From a virus, in IMG/VR virus record IMGVR_UViG_3300010163_000045, positions 1 through 52,545 of that record: DNA of 52,545 nucleotides; one strand, written 5' to 3'. The notes under the pieces are model-generated. The model searched no databases, had not been told where the DNA came from, and worked only from the letters and a program-made list of their open reading frames with translations. Positions 26,744-35,074 of this stretch are shown in pieces (positions within the stretch are counted from its first letter, which is position 1; each line of letters starts with the position of its first letter). The position numbers and the translations under genes are program-made.

Positions 26744-26787
26744 ATAATCATAAGGTAAATCAAACAAATGCTTAGGAGGGCAAAGAA

Positions 26788-27078
26788 ATGACAAGAACAT
26801 ATAACAGAACAACATTCACAGAGAATCTGGCAGAGGTAAAGGTTACATTATTCGTATACGAGAACAGCAAGTACACTGGTAATGTTGGTGAAGAAAGAAT
26901 GGTACGGTACACAGGACTGAAGCAGTGGAGCATCGTTGATGGAGAAGATGCAAAAGAAATCGAAGAACGTACAGATGGAAGTTGCATCGACGAAATGCAT
27001 GAGTATCTGGTACTTGAGTTTACAGATGGTACAACATCAACATTCAGAAATTCACACGTTGATATGTTCCTTAGATAA
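26788..27078 (+). CDS. Hypothetical early protein
   Basis: 96 aa with SD AGGAGGG. Confidence 0.6.
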   Translation: MTRTYNRTTFTENLAEVKVTLFVYENSKYTGNVGEERMVRYTGLKQWSIVDGEDAKEIEERTDGSCIDEMHEYLVLEFTDGTTSTFRNSHVDMFLR

Positions 27079-27085
27079 AGAACAC

Positions 27086-27113
27086 GGGCTGGACAGCCAG
27101 CCCAAAATATTTT
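27086..27113 (+). terminator. Rho-independent-type hairpin
   Basis: GGGCTGG-ACAG-CCAGCCC followed by an A/T-rich tract that includes TTTT. Confidence 0.5.
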
Positions 27114-27123
27114 CAAAAACATG

Positions 27124-27152
27124 TTGACTTCAGAGTAGATATGGTGTAAGAT
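27124..27152 (+). promoter_or_regulatory. Early-family promoter
   Basis: TTGACT, 17 nt (ending GGTG), TAAGAT. Confidence 0.65.
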
Positions 27153-27275
27153 ATAAATATAAAATAAATCAAGCAAATCTAAGTCGAAGTAGTAAGTGGC
27201 TCAGACGAGACAAAGCTCCGGAGGGGTTGCTGAAAAGTAGCAAGATTGCAAATGAGTGTTTAGGAGGACAAAAAG

Positions 27276-27560
27276 ATGATGACAGTTAATTACGAACAGT
27301 ACAGTGAGGAAAAGAAAAGCTTCTTCGCGAAGCACAAACATGATTTCAAATGTGATACCAGCAGCATGGATGAATATGGCAGATACTGGAAGACATACGT
27401 ATTTGCAGATGGAGCTGTTTGGTATGAGGCAATGTGCCCGGCTTATGAGTCCACTGAAGTAGAAATCAAGATGGTTAAGGTAACGGTAGAGATTAAGATG
27501 CTGAGGACAGAGTTCTGGAGTACTGAGAGTGGCTCCAAATATTATTACGAGAAGTTCTGA
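27276..27560 (+). CDS. Hypothetical early protein
   Basis: 94 aa with SD AGGAGG. Confidence 0.6.
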   Translation: MMTVNYEQYSEEKKSFFAKHKHDFKCDTSSMDEYGRYWKTYVFADGAVWYEAMCPAYESTEVEIKMVKVTVEIKMLRTEFWSTESGSKYYYEKF

Positions 27561-27576
27561 AAGGAGAGTGCTGAGT

Positions 27577-27834
27577 ATGGCAAAGTATTTTGTAACGATA
27601 ACTGAGGATATGTATGGTGCAACAGCAAGCTGCCGTATTGAGTGTCCGGTGGCAAGCGAGTTGGTTCTGAAGAAGATGTGGAAGCATTACTATAAGATGT
27701 ACCGGTATACGGACAGCTTTGACGTAAGTGCTTACGTGGAGGACGAAACTGGTTTGCACGACTTATCAATGTTTTGGTGTTTACAAGAACAAGAGCATAT
27801 GGTGATGACTGGAGCCATTCCATTTTGTTGTTAA
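27577..27834 (+). CDS. Hypothetical early protein
   Basis: 85 aa from ATG 27577, which follows AAGGAG. Confidence 0.55.
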   Translation: MAKYFVTITEDMYGATASCRIECPVASELVLKKMWKHYYKMYRYTDSFDVSAYVEDETGLHDLSMFWCLQEQEHMVMTGAIPFCC

Positions 27835-27858
27835 TCAAAAGAAAAGGAGGAAAAGTGA

Positions 27859-28041
27859 GTGAAAGAGAAGTTCAAAGAGTTTCTGTTGAAAGCAAAGCTG
27901 TTGCTGTTGAGTGTATTGGCATTGGCAACAATCATAGGTGCGGTGGTATCCGATATGTGGCCAAAAACGAAGTTTAACTATCCAATGTTGGTAGCAGCCG
28001 TATGTATGGTGTTATTCATAATCGTTTGGAATACATTATAA
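27859..28041 (+). CDS. Small two-TM membrane protein
   Basis: 60 aa with a GTG start after AAGGAGG. Has two hydrophobic helices. Confidence 0.5.
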   Translation: MKEKFKEFLLKAKLLLLSVLALATIIGAVVSDMWPKTKFNYPMLVAAVCMVLFIIVWNTL

Positions 28042-28050
28042 AATTGGCTG

Positions 28051-28079
28051 TTGACTTCTGGTTTAGATTGGTGTATAAT
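28051..28079 (+). promoter_or_regulatory. Early-family promoter
   Basis: TTGACT, 17 nt (ending GGTG), TATAAT. Confidence 0.7.
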
Positions 28080-28089
28080 AAAAGAAAAA

Positions 28090-28223
28090 GCTATCCTGAT
28101 GAGTCTTGGAAGATTAAGACGAAACGGTGCCGGCTGTTTCCTTTAGGATTGAGGATGATTCCCGTTCGAAAAGGAATGCGAGGGGAGCTGGTTAAATGAG
28201 CGTCATGGTCAGCCGTCGGTAGC
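28090..28223 (+). ncRNA. Candidate type I hammerhead ribozyme in the 5' UTR of 28264..28773
   Basis: CUGAUGA core at 28096-28102. Stem II is 28103-07/28116-20 (G10.1-C11.1). GAA is 28121-23 (G12 A13 A14). A15.1 (28124) pairs with U16.1 (28216). The GUC cleavage triplet is 28215-17. Stem I is GCUAUC 28090-95 / GGUAGC 28218-23. Stem III is ACGGU/GCCGU with an ~83-nt insert. Confidence 0.65.
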
Positions 28224-28263
28224 AGATGCTACTAAACAAAAGTATAGTGTTAGGAGGCACAAG

Positions 28264-28773
28264 ATGAAAAGAGAAGAGTTACAGAACATGAAGGTGGCCG
28301 AGCTGAAGGCTATCTGCAAAGAGAATGGTATTCACCATTACAACGGGAAAAACTGTTTCAAGAAAGACGAATTGGTCGAAGCAATCTTAGGAGCGGAGAA
28401 AAATGCTGAGGTCAGCAAGAAGAGTGCTAAAGACAAAGTTAAGACTGACGACCATGACGAAGTAGAGGCGGCAGGGCAAAGTGAGAAAAAAGCTGCTAAC
28501 ATCGGTGTTGATATGGAACAGAAAATGCCGTACATTGAGTCTGCAACGGTGGACACACTGGTAGCATTTCGGTTACCGAATGGCAAGGTAAAGAGTGCGA
28601 AGATTATTAAGAAGTCTACTCAGAACCGGAAGTTCATGGTTGAGACGGATTATGGTGCCCAGTACGTTATTAAGTACGAAGATGTGGTGTGGGTACGTTC
28701 CGGTAAGCGTTGGCCGAGAGGCGTGTACAAACTTTTGAAAGGACTGGTGGGTGCAGATGGGGCAGAGTCTTGA
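28264..28773 (+). CDS. HeH/Rho_N-like DNA-binding domain protein
   Basis: 169 aa. N-terminus is LQNMKVAELKAICKENGIHHYNGKNCFKKDELVEAIL. Confidence 0.65.
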   Translation: MKREELQNMKVAELKAICKENGIHHYNGKNCFKKDELVEAILGAEKNAEVSKKSAKDKVKTDDHDEVEAAGQSEKKAANIGVDMEQKMPYIESATVDTLVAFRLPNGKVKSAKIIKKSTQNRKFMVETDYGAQYVIKYEDVVWVRSGKRWPRGVYKLLKGLVGADGAES

Positions 28774-29287
28774 GCAGAAAGCAGCAGATGCGGCTTGGGA
28801 GTTTTTCCATCTGAAAGAAGAGTTTGACCAGACACAGAAACAGTTCGAAGCCCAGAAGCATGAGTTTTACGAAATGATGAATGAGTACTTTGGGAAGAAC
28901 GGTGGAGCCAGTGCAAAGTTTGATGACGATGGATTTGCCGGTGGTCAATTGGTCGTTAAGAAAGTGGAGAAGACTTCCATCGAGTGGGATGCTGAGAAGT
29001 TGGAGAAAAAGGTCGAAAAGCCTATCGCCAAACAAGTCATCAAGAAACAGTATCGCATCTCAGATATGCAGGGGCTGATTCAATATCTGAAGAGCTGTGG
29101 TGTAGACCCGGCAATCTTCAAACGGTTCATTCTGGTGGACAAGACTGTAGATGAAAAAGCAGTAGACCGATTGGGTGATACCGGACAGTTGACAGTCAAG
29201 CAAATCAGCGGTTGCTATGTGGTCAAAACTCAGAAGCCTTATTTCACCACTCAGGTGAAAAAGGACGATGGCAATGACGAATGGTAA
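28757..29287 (+). CDS. Hypothetical protein
   Basis: 176 aa from ATG 28757 (GTG 28751 also possible). Ends ...DDGNDEW. Confidence 0.55.
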   Translation: MGQSLEQKAADAAWEFFHLKEEFDQTQKQFEAQKHEFYEMMNEYFGKNGGASAKFDDDGFAGGQLVVKKVEKTSIEWDAEKLEKKVEKPIAKQVIKKQYRISDMQGLIQYLKSCGVDPAIFKRFILVDKTVDEKAVDRLGDTGQLTVKQISGCYVVKTQKPYFTTQVKKDDGNDEW

Positions 29288-30266
29288 CAATGATGGCGCA
29301 ACCAAATTGGCAAAGGTGCTGTGGTACTACAATTTAATATATGATGCTCATACCACAAAGCAGAAGATTGTTTGTCCGTTTCATGCAAACGATGTCAATC
29401 CGAGTTTGTTGGTCAATCTGGTAGATGGTTCGTGGTTCTGTTTCGGTTGCCAGTTGAGTGGTGATGCAAGGCGGTTCGTAGAGCTGATGGAAAAGAAGTA
29501 CAATGGTTTGAATGACCTGCAGGCATACCAAAAATATTTGAAGATACTGAAATCGGACAAGTGTAGCAATATCAAGATTGACGTTAAGGCAATCCAAAAA
29601 GTTCAAAAGCCAAAGAAGCAGTTGTATGATGAAGCGTATGACTACTATCATGGACTGAGGACAGTAGATTGGACTTGGGATGATGAACAAGAAGTATTGC
29701 ATGCTTTAGGTTATATGGAACAGAGGGGATACAGTCCAGAAACGTTGAATGCCGTTAAGGCAAAAGTGACGTATAACGATATGTATGGGTTGATATTTCC
29801 GATGATGGACAACGGTAAGTTTCGTGGTTGGGTATCCAGAACAATGAGAAAGGATGTTGAAGCAAAGCGGAAGTATTTATATAACGAAGGGTTCTCCAGA
29901 GCAACAACTTTGGTTGGCAACTACGGCAGTGAGAAATATGCAATAGTGGTCGAAGGATACATGGACCGGCTGAGGTTCGTAGAGTGTGGTTTGGAGGACA
30001 GTGTGGTGGCAATTCTCGGTTGGAAAATGTCAGCTCAGCAGGAGGACAAACTGAGGAAAGCTGGAGTAACGAAGATTATAAGTTGTTTAGATAACGATGA
30101 GTGTGGTCGCAAAGGAACATTGTACTTGAAGTCGGTGTTCGGTCCAAAGAATGTGTTAAGGTGGAGTTATCTGAAAGGTATCAAAGACCCGGGAGAAATG
30201 ACGCCAGAACAATTTCAGAGGATGTACCAAAGGACGATGGACCAGTACCACAAGAGATACCAGTAA
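29268..30266 (+). CDS. DNA primase (CHC2 zinc finger + TOPRIM)
   Basis: Has CPFHANDVNPSLLV...WFCFGCQLSGD and IVVEGYMD...CLDNDECGRKG. Confidence 0.85.
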   Translation: MAMTNGNNDGATKLAKVLWYYNLIYDAHTTKQKIVCPFHANDVNPSLLVNLVDGSWFCFGCQLSGDARRFVELMEKKYNGLNDLQAYQKYLKILKSDKCSNIKIDVKAIQKVQKPKKQLYDEAYDYYHGLRTVDWTWDDEQEVLHALGYMEQRGYSPETLNAVKAKVTYNDMYGLIFPMMDNGKFRGWVSRTMRKDVEAKRKYLYNEGFSRATTLVGNYGSEKYAIVVEGYMDRLRFVECGLEDSVVAILGWKMSAQQEDKLRKAGVTKIISCLDNDECGRKGTLYLKSVFGPKNVLRWSYLKGIKDPGEMTPEQFQRMYQRTMDQYHKRYQ

Positions 30267-30279
30267 AGGAGATAGTAAG

Positions 30280-31314
30280 ATGGCAGGATTGGTCAATCAA
30301 ATTAAGAATGAAGTCAAGAGGGCAGGTACGAACAAAGGTAAGTTCGTGTTCATCAGGGAAGGAGAGAAAAGGCGTTTCCGTTTTCTGACTGATGCGGACG
30401 ACGGTATGGAAATTACGTTCCACGATAACTTTGCAGGTGGAGTGGTTCCTACGCCGTGTCAGGAAATCTTTGGACGTGATTGCCCTTATTGTGATGAAGA
30501 GGGTATCAGGACAAGGAGCCAGTATGCATGGTCCGTTTGGGATTATGAGGCAAAGGAAGTACGGGTGTTCATGTTCCCGGTCAATAACTGCAGCCCCGTG
30601 CCGCATCTGATTAGTATGTATGAAACCTATGGTACATTGTGCGATAGGGATTACGTCATTAGCGTATCCGGCAAGCAGCAGAACAAAACGTACGCAGTGG
30701 TGCCGATGGATAAGGTACGTTTTCGGAATGACAAGGCGAAGCCGTTCTCTCAGAAGCAGTTGCTGAAGATGCTGGACAAAGCATTTCCGTGTGATGCAGC
30801 AGAAGGGTCTGAGGACGAAGACGACAATGATGATTTCCCGATGCCGAAGCCGAACGGCAAGGGTGGCAAGAAGTCTGGAAAGAAGTCGGAGCCTGAGGAA
30901 GATTGGGGCGATGAAGATAAGCTGCCGCCTACTGAGGAGCTGGAGGGAATGAAACCTCAGAAGTTGTACAGTATGTGCAAGGAACGTGATATTGACGTTC
31001 AGCCGAAGAAGAAGGTCGAGTATTACGTGGACAAGTTGGAGCAGTGGCGTCTGGACCATGAGGACGAAGATGAAGACGGCGACTATGATGACGACCAGGA
31101 TTGGGGCGATGACGAAGACGAAGAAGCTCCGGACTACGAAAGCATGTCGCCTCAGGATTTGTTCAAGCTGTGTAAGGAACGGGATATAAAGGTGCCTCCG
31201 AAGAAGCCTGCTAAGTTCTACATAAAACAGTTGGAGGAGTATGACAAGGCTCAGGAAGATTGGGGCGATGAAGATGGCTCCGATGACGATGGTGACGAAT
31301 GGGAAGATGAATAA
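30280..31314 (+). CDS. gp32-like ssDNA-binding protein with a long HeH/acidic C-terminal extension
   Basis: N-terminus parallels T4 gp32 (RFRFL..., FHDN...C...CPYC, YAWSVWDYEAKEVRVFMF, DYVISVSGK). C-terminal half has 2 HeH repeats and 3 DWGD(E/D) motifs. Confidence 0.55.
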   Translation: MAGLVNQIKNEVKRAGTNKGKFVFIREGEKRRFRFLTDADDGMEITFHDNFAGGVVPTPCQEIFGRDCPYCDEEGIRTRSQYAWSVWDYEAKEVRVFMFPVNNCSPVPHLISMYETYGTLCDRDYVISVSGKQQNKTYAVVPMDKVRFRNDKAKPFSQKQLLKMLDKAFPCDAAEGSEDEDDNDDFPMPKPNGKGGKKSGKKSEPEEDWGDEDKLPPTEELEGMKPQKLYSMCKERDIDVQPKKKVEYYVDKLEQWRLDHEDEDEDGDYDDDQDWGDDEDEEAPDYESMSPQDLFKLCKERDIKVPPKKPAKFYIKQLEEYDKAQEDWGDEDGSDDDGDEWEDE

Positions 31315-31339
31315 GCATAAGTGGTAGGAGGTAGATGTT

Positions 31340-34093
31340 ATGTTGGATTTACACCGCCACGATATGTTCAGCCGGTTTGATGGTTTCGGAAAGCCGGCAG
31401 AGCTTGCAAAGTTGGCAAAGGAGCTGGGGCATACTGCCCTGGCTACCTCCAACCACGGCAATACGAATGGTTTGGTTCAAACCTATGATGCATGCAAAAG
31501 AGAAGGCATCAAGCCGGTACTCGGTGTTGAAGGATATTTTCTGCCGGTGTACAAGGCTCAGGAAAGAGGTTACCATTTATGTTTGTTTGCCAAAGATTTG
31601 GAGGGATACAGAAATCTGAATGCTTTGCAGTATGAGGGAGAATTGCAGAAGTATTACAATCCGATATGGACGTTTGAGTTATTGGAGAAGTACCATGAAG
31701 GATTGATATGTACTACTGCATGTGTAGCCAGCTACAGTTCCCAATGTATTCTGAAAGGGAAGAAAAAGCAGGCAGTCAAGTATCTGGAAAAGTTGCAGAG
31801 TTTGTTTGGTGACGATTTGTATATTGAGATTCAGCCTTATAAGATTTCAGAGGTTGGGGCTCAGGAGAAAATAAACGTTGGAATGATTGAGCTCGGTGAA
31901 GAGTTGGGCATCAAATGTATTCTGACGTCTGACTCACATAGAGGCAGAAAAGAGGAGTTTGATACGTACCTGAAGATGCACATGATGGACCATCACGATG
32001 AAGATTGGGTACGTGGCACATACGAAGAAAGATATATGCCGGCACTGATGGAAATGGAAAAGCGGTTCTATCGGATGCACAAAGGTGACTATGGCGATAA
32101 GCGTGCAAAGCAAATGGCTCTGGAAATGCAGAACAATATTGAGGAGCTTGAAGCAAAAGTGGATGGTGACATCCTGGGTAAGCTGGAATTGCAATTGCCG
32201 AAAGTGGATAGCGATAAGGACAGTTGGAAAGAGATTGTTCGTCAGGTGCAGGATGGATTGAAAAAAAGAGGTAAGTATACCAAAGAGTACATTGAACGGT
32301 GCAAGCAGGAGCTGGACGTAATTAAGAAGAACGGATTTGTGGACTATTTCCTTATTGTGGCCGATTATACCAACTGGGCAAAGGAAAGAGGGATATGTGT
32401 TGGACCTGGACGAGGTTCAGTATGCAATTGTTTGGTAGCATATGCAATGCATATCACTGAAGTGGACAGCATTCGTTTCAATCTGGATTTCAGACGGTTC
32501 ATGCGATATGACAAAAAAGCATTCCCTGATATTGATTTGGATTTTGAAATGGATAGGCGTGGTGAGGTGATTGAGTATCTTATCAACAAGTATCCGGGGC
32601 AGAGTGCTCGAGTGTCCAGCTATGGTCTGTATCAGGTTGAGAACACCATCAATGAGTTGGCAAAGGTCTGTGGTCTTGAGACTGATAAGTCAGTAGACGA
32701 GCATCAGGCAAAGCAGAACAAGGAAACGATACGGGCTATCAAGAATCTGGTCAAGAAGTACAAGATGGAGGACGGCAGTATTGATAACGAACGGTTGCTG
32801 CATGGTGACGATGAAGAGGAAGTCCGGATGTACAATCGGAAATATGATAATATCGTAACCCACTTCACATTACTGTTTGGCAAGGTTCGTTTCATTGGTA
32901 CTCATGCAGCAGGAGTGGTATTGACGTCTGGTGATATTCTGCAGTATACATCAATGCGCGTGGACAAGTCTGGCAATTTGTATTCGACGTTCAATCTGGA
33001 GGACTTGAATAGCATTAACATCATCAAGTTTGATTTGTTAGGATTGAAGACGATGCAGAGTATTGGTGAATGCCGTAAGCTGGCAGGGATAACCGGTTTC
33101 GATATTGAGTACACCGAAGACCCAAAACTGTTGGACGCATTCCGAGAGGGTAACACCTGCGGCGTGTTCCAATTTGAAAAAGGAACCGCCAAAAGGATAC
33201 TGGATGAAATCCATTGTGACTGTTTTGATGACGTAGTAGCCACTTGTGCAATGAACCGTCCTGGTCCATTGGGTCAGGGTATGCCTGAGCAATATGCTGA
33301 GAATAAGTTGAGTGGTACTGCAGATAAGTCGGATATCACATATCAATACACCAAAGAGAGTTATGGAACGGTCGTGTATCAGGAGCAGTTGCTTTTGATT
33401 TGTGTGTTCATTGGTGGCCTGGAATGGGGAGAAGCTGATAAGGTTTTGAAAGCAAACAAGCATGGGTTCAAAGAGAGGGCGGTAGCAATCTTAAATAAGC
33501 ATGCTCAGGACACTGGAGTCGACCTCCATAAGAAGTTCGTCAAGAATGCAATGAAGAAAGGTATGTCCAGAGAGAGGGCTGAGGGTACGTGGGATAGCTT
33601 ACTGGTGTATTCTTTCAATAAAGGGCATGCAGCCGGATATTGTATCATTAGTATGGAGGAAATGTTCTATAAGATTTATTATCCGGTATTCTTCTGGTAT
33701 GCCAAAATCAAGTATGCTCGGAACGATGAGGAAAAGGTTGAGTTCAGTAACGAAGCATGCAAAGCAGGCAGCGTGATATTCTTGCCGCACGTCAATTATT
33801 CCAAACCGGCCACCAGTATTCGCAAAGTGGATGGTGAGGCAGTATTGCAACAAGGTTTCACTGACCTGAAAGGTATCGGTGAGAAAGCAGCAGAGTTCAT
33901 CTGTGCCGAAAGGAAACGTGGAGGAGTATTTGTTTCGTACGATGACTTCTACGATAGATGTGTTGGCAGAGTGGTCAATAAAAAAGTGTTGAATATTCTG
34001 GCGGAGCAGGGAGCATTGGAGTTCAACAAGAAAGTGTACATCAGGAGAGTGACGTCTTATAACACCGCATTATACTCCAGAGCACATAGATAA
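31340..34093 (+). CDS. dnaE: DNA polymerase III alpha-type replicative polymerase (PHP + pol core)
   Basis: 917 aa. Has MLDLHRHDMFS (PHP), GPGRGSV, FPDIDLDF and GIGEKAAEFI (HhH). Confidence 0.85.
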   Translation: MLDLHRHDMFSRFDGFGKPAELAKLAKELGHTALATSNHGNTNGLVQTYDACKREGIKPVLGVEGYFLPVYKAQERGYHLCLFAKDLEGYRNLNALQYEGELQKYYNPIWTFELLEKYHEGLICTTACVASYSSQCILKGKKKQAVKYLEKLQSLFGDDLYIEIQPYKISEVGAQEKINVGMIELGEELGIKCILTSDSHRGRKEEFDTYLKMHMMDHHDEDWVRGTYEERYMPALMEMEKRFYRMHKGDYGDKRAKQMALEMQNNIEELEAKVDGDILGKLELQLPKVDSDKDSWKEIVRQVQDGLKKRGKYTKEYIERCKQELDVIKKNGFVDYFLIVADYTNWAKERGICVGPGRGSVCNCLVAYAMHITEVDSIRFNLDFRRFMRYDKKAFPDIDLDFEMDRRGEVIEYLINKYPGQSARVSSYGLYQVENTINELAKVCGLETDKSVDEHQAKQNKETIRAIKNLVKKYKMEDGSIDNERLLHGDDEEEVRMYNRKYDNIVTHFTLLFGKVRFIGTHAAGVVLTSGDILQYTSMRVDKSGNLYSTFNLEDLNSINIIKFDLLGLKTMQSIGECRKLAGITGFDIEYTEDPKLLDAFREGNTCGVFQFEKGTAKRILDEIHCDCFDDVVATCAMNRPGPLGQGMPEQYAENKLSGTADKSDITYQYTKESYGTVVYQEQLLLICVFIGGLEWGEADKVLKANKHGFKERAVAILNKHAQDTGVDLHKKFVKNAMKKGMSRERAEGTWDSLLVYSFNKGHAAGYCIISMEEMFYKIYYPVFFWYAKIKYARNDEEKVEFSNEACKAGSVIFLPHVNYSKPATSIRKVDGEAVLQQGFTDLKGIGEKAAEFICAERKRGGVFVSYDDFYDRCVGRVVNKKVLNILAEQGALEFNKKVYIRRVTSYNTALYSRAHR

Positions 34094-34101
34094 ATTCCAT
34101 G

Positions 34102-34130
34102 TTGACTTCCGGACTGGATAGGTGTATAAT
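34102..34130 (+). promoter_or_regulatory. Early-family promoter
   Basis: TTGACT, 17 nt (ending GGTG), TATAAT. Confidence 0.7.
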
Positions 34131-34201
34131 TAAAATATAGCTGGAACACTAACCTCAGTTGAGGGTGTGACGGTTACCAAACAAAAGCAAAGGAGGCAAA
34201 A

Positions 34202-35074
34202 ATGAAAACGATAACAGTAAAGACTTCGTATGAGGGTGTGCATTGTTGGCCTGAGGCACCTGACGAAGTGAGTTTCTTGAGAGAACCGCACCGGCATATG
34301 TTTGTGGTCAGTGCTGAGGTGGAAGTGACAGGCAACGACAGAGAAATTGAATTCATCATGCTGAAGCGCCACATTGACAAATGGCTCCATATTCAGATGG
34401 ACGCAGATAGCAATGTATGGCAGATGGGTCGGCTGAGCTGTGAGCAGGTGGCTAAAATGGTACTGGATGTGGTCCATGAATATTGTGGTGATATTCCGTT
34501 GGATGAACAAACGGTAAGAGTTCGTGGCATTTCTGTTACGGTATCAGAGGATGGAGAGAATGGTGCAAGCGTAAGTAATCAGTCGTGGAGCATTCCAACC
34601 GCTGTAACGGCCGGCGCATACATTGGAGGACAGTTTGTAGGGGCAATGGATAAGTGGACAATGGCTGATTATCAGGACAAGGCATACCAGAACATTCAGG
34701 AGCATTACAACCAGAAAGAGGAAATGATGCACTGGGCGATTGGTCTGGGGGAAGAAGCCGGGGAAGCGTTGTCGGTGGTCAAGCACCGGTATTATGCAGG
34801 ATGTTACAAAGATGATGATGACATGCTTGAGGATTTGGTCAGTGAGCTTGGTGACGTACTGTGGCACGTATCTGCATTGTGCACTGTTTTAGGTATCGGT
34901 CTGGAGGACGTGGCAAAGTATAATATTGCAAAGTTGGATAGCCGCTATCCGAATGGCAAGTTTGAAAGAGAGAGGTCTGAGTCCAGACACGAAGTATATC
35001 AGCAATGGAAAAAAGAAACCACACACGAAGATGTGATGAAGCAAATAAGAGAAAAGAGAGGTACGAACAGATGA
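34202..35074 (+). CDS. Fusion of a QueD/PTPS-like T-fold domain and a MazG-like NTP pyrophosphohydrolase
   Basis: N-terminus is YEGVHCWPEAPDEVSFLREPHRHMFVVSAEVEV...REIEFIMLK (cf. QueD AAHRLP...HGHSF). C-terminus is EEAGEALSVVKHRYY...ELGDVLWHVSALCTVLGIGLEDVAKYNIAKLDSRYPNG. Confidence 0.55.
   Translation: MKTITVKTSYEGVHCWPEAPDEVSFLREPHRHMFVVSAEVEVTGNDREIEFIMLKRHIDKWLHIQMDADSNVWQMGRLSCEQVAKMVLDVVHEYCGDIPLDEQTVRVRGISVTVSEDGENGASVSNQSWSIPTAVTAGAYIGGQFVGAMDKWTMADYQDKAYQNIQEHYNQKEEMMHWAIGLGEEAGEALSVVKHRYYAGCYKDDDDMLEDLVSELGDVLWHVSALCTVLGIGLEDVAKYNIAKLDSRYPNGKFERERSESRHEVYQQWKKETTHEDVMKQIREKRGTNR

Noticed and set aside
28002-28199. 65-aa + strand ORF
   Set aside because: It starts upstream of and runs through promoter 28051-28079, and it overlaps the hammerhead candidate. 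It has no SD.
30181-31461. 426-aa ORF on the minus strand
   Set aside because: It is antisense to the SSB gene. Its composition is low-complexity (Leu/Ile/Phe/Arg-rich), mirroring the GA-rich acidic coding on the + strand. It has no SD and no motifs.
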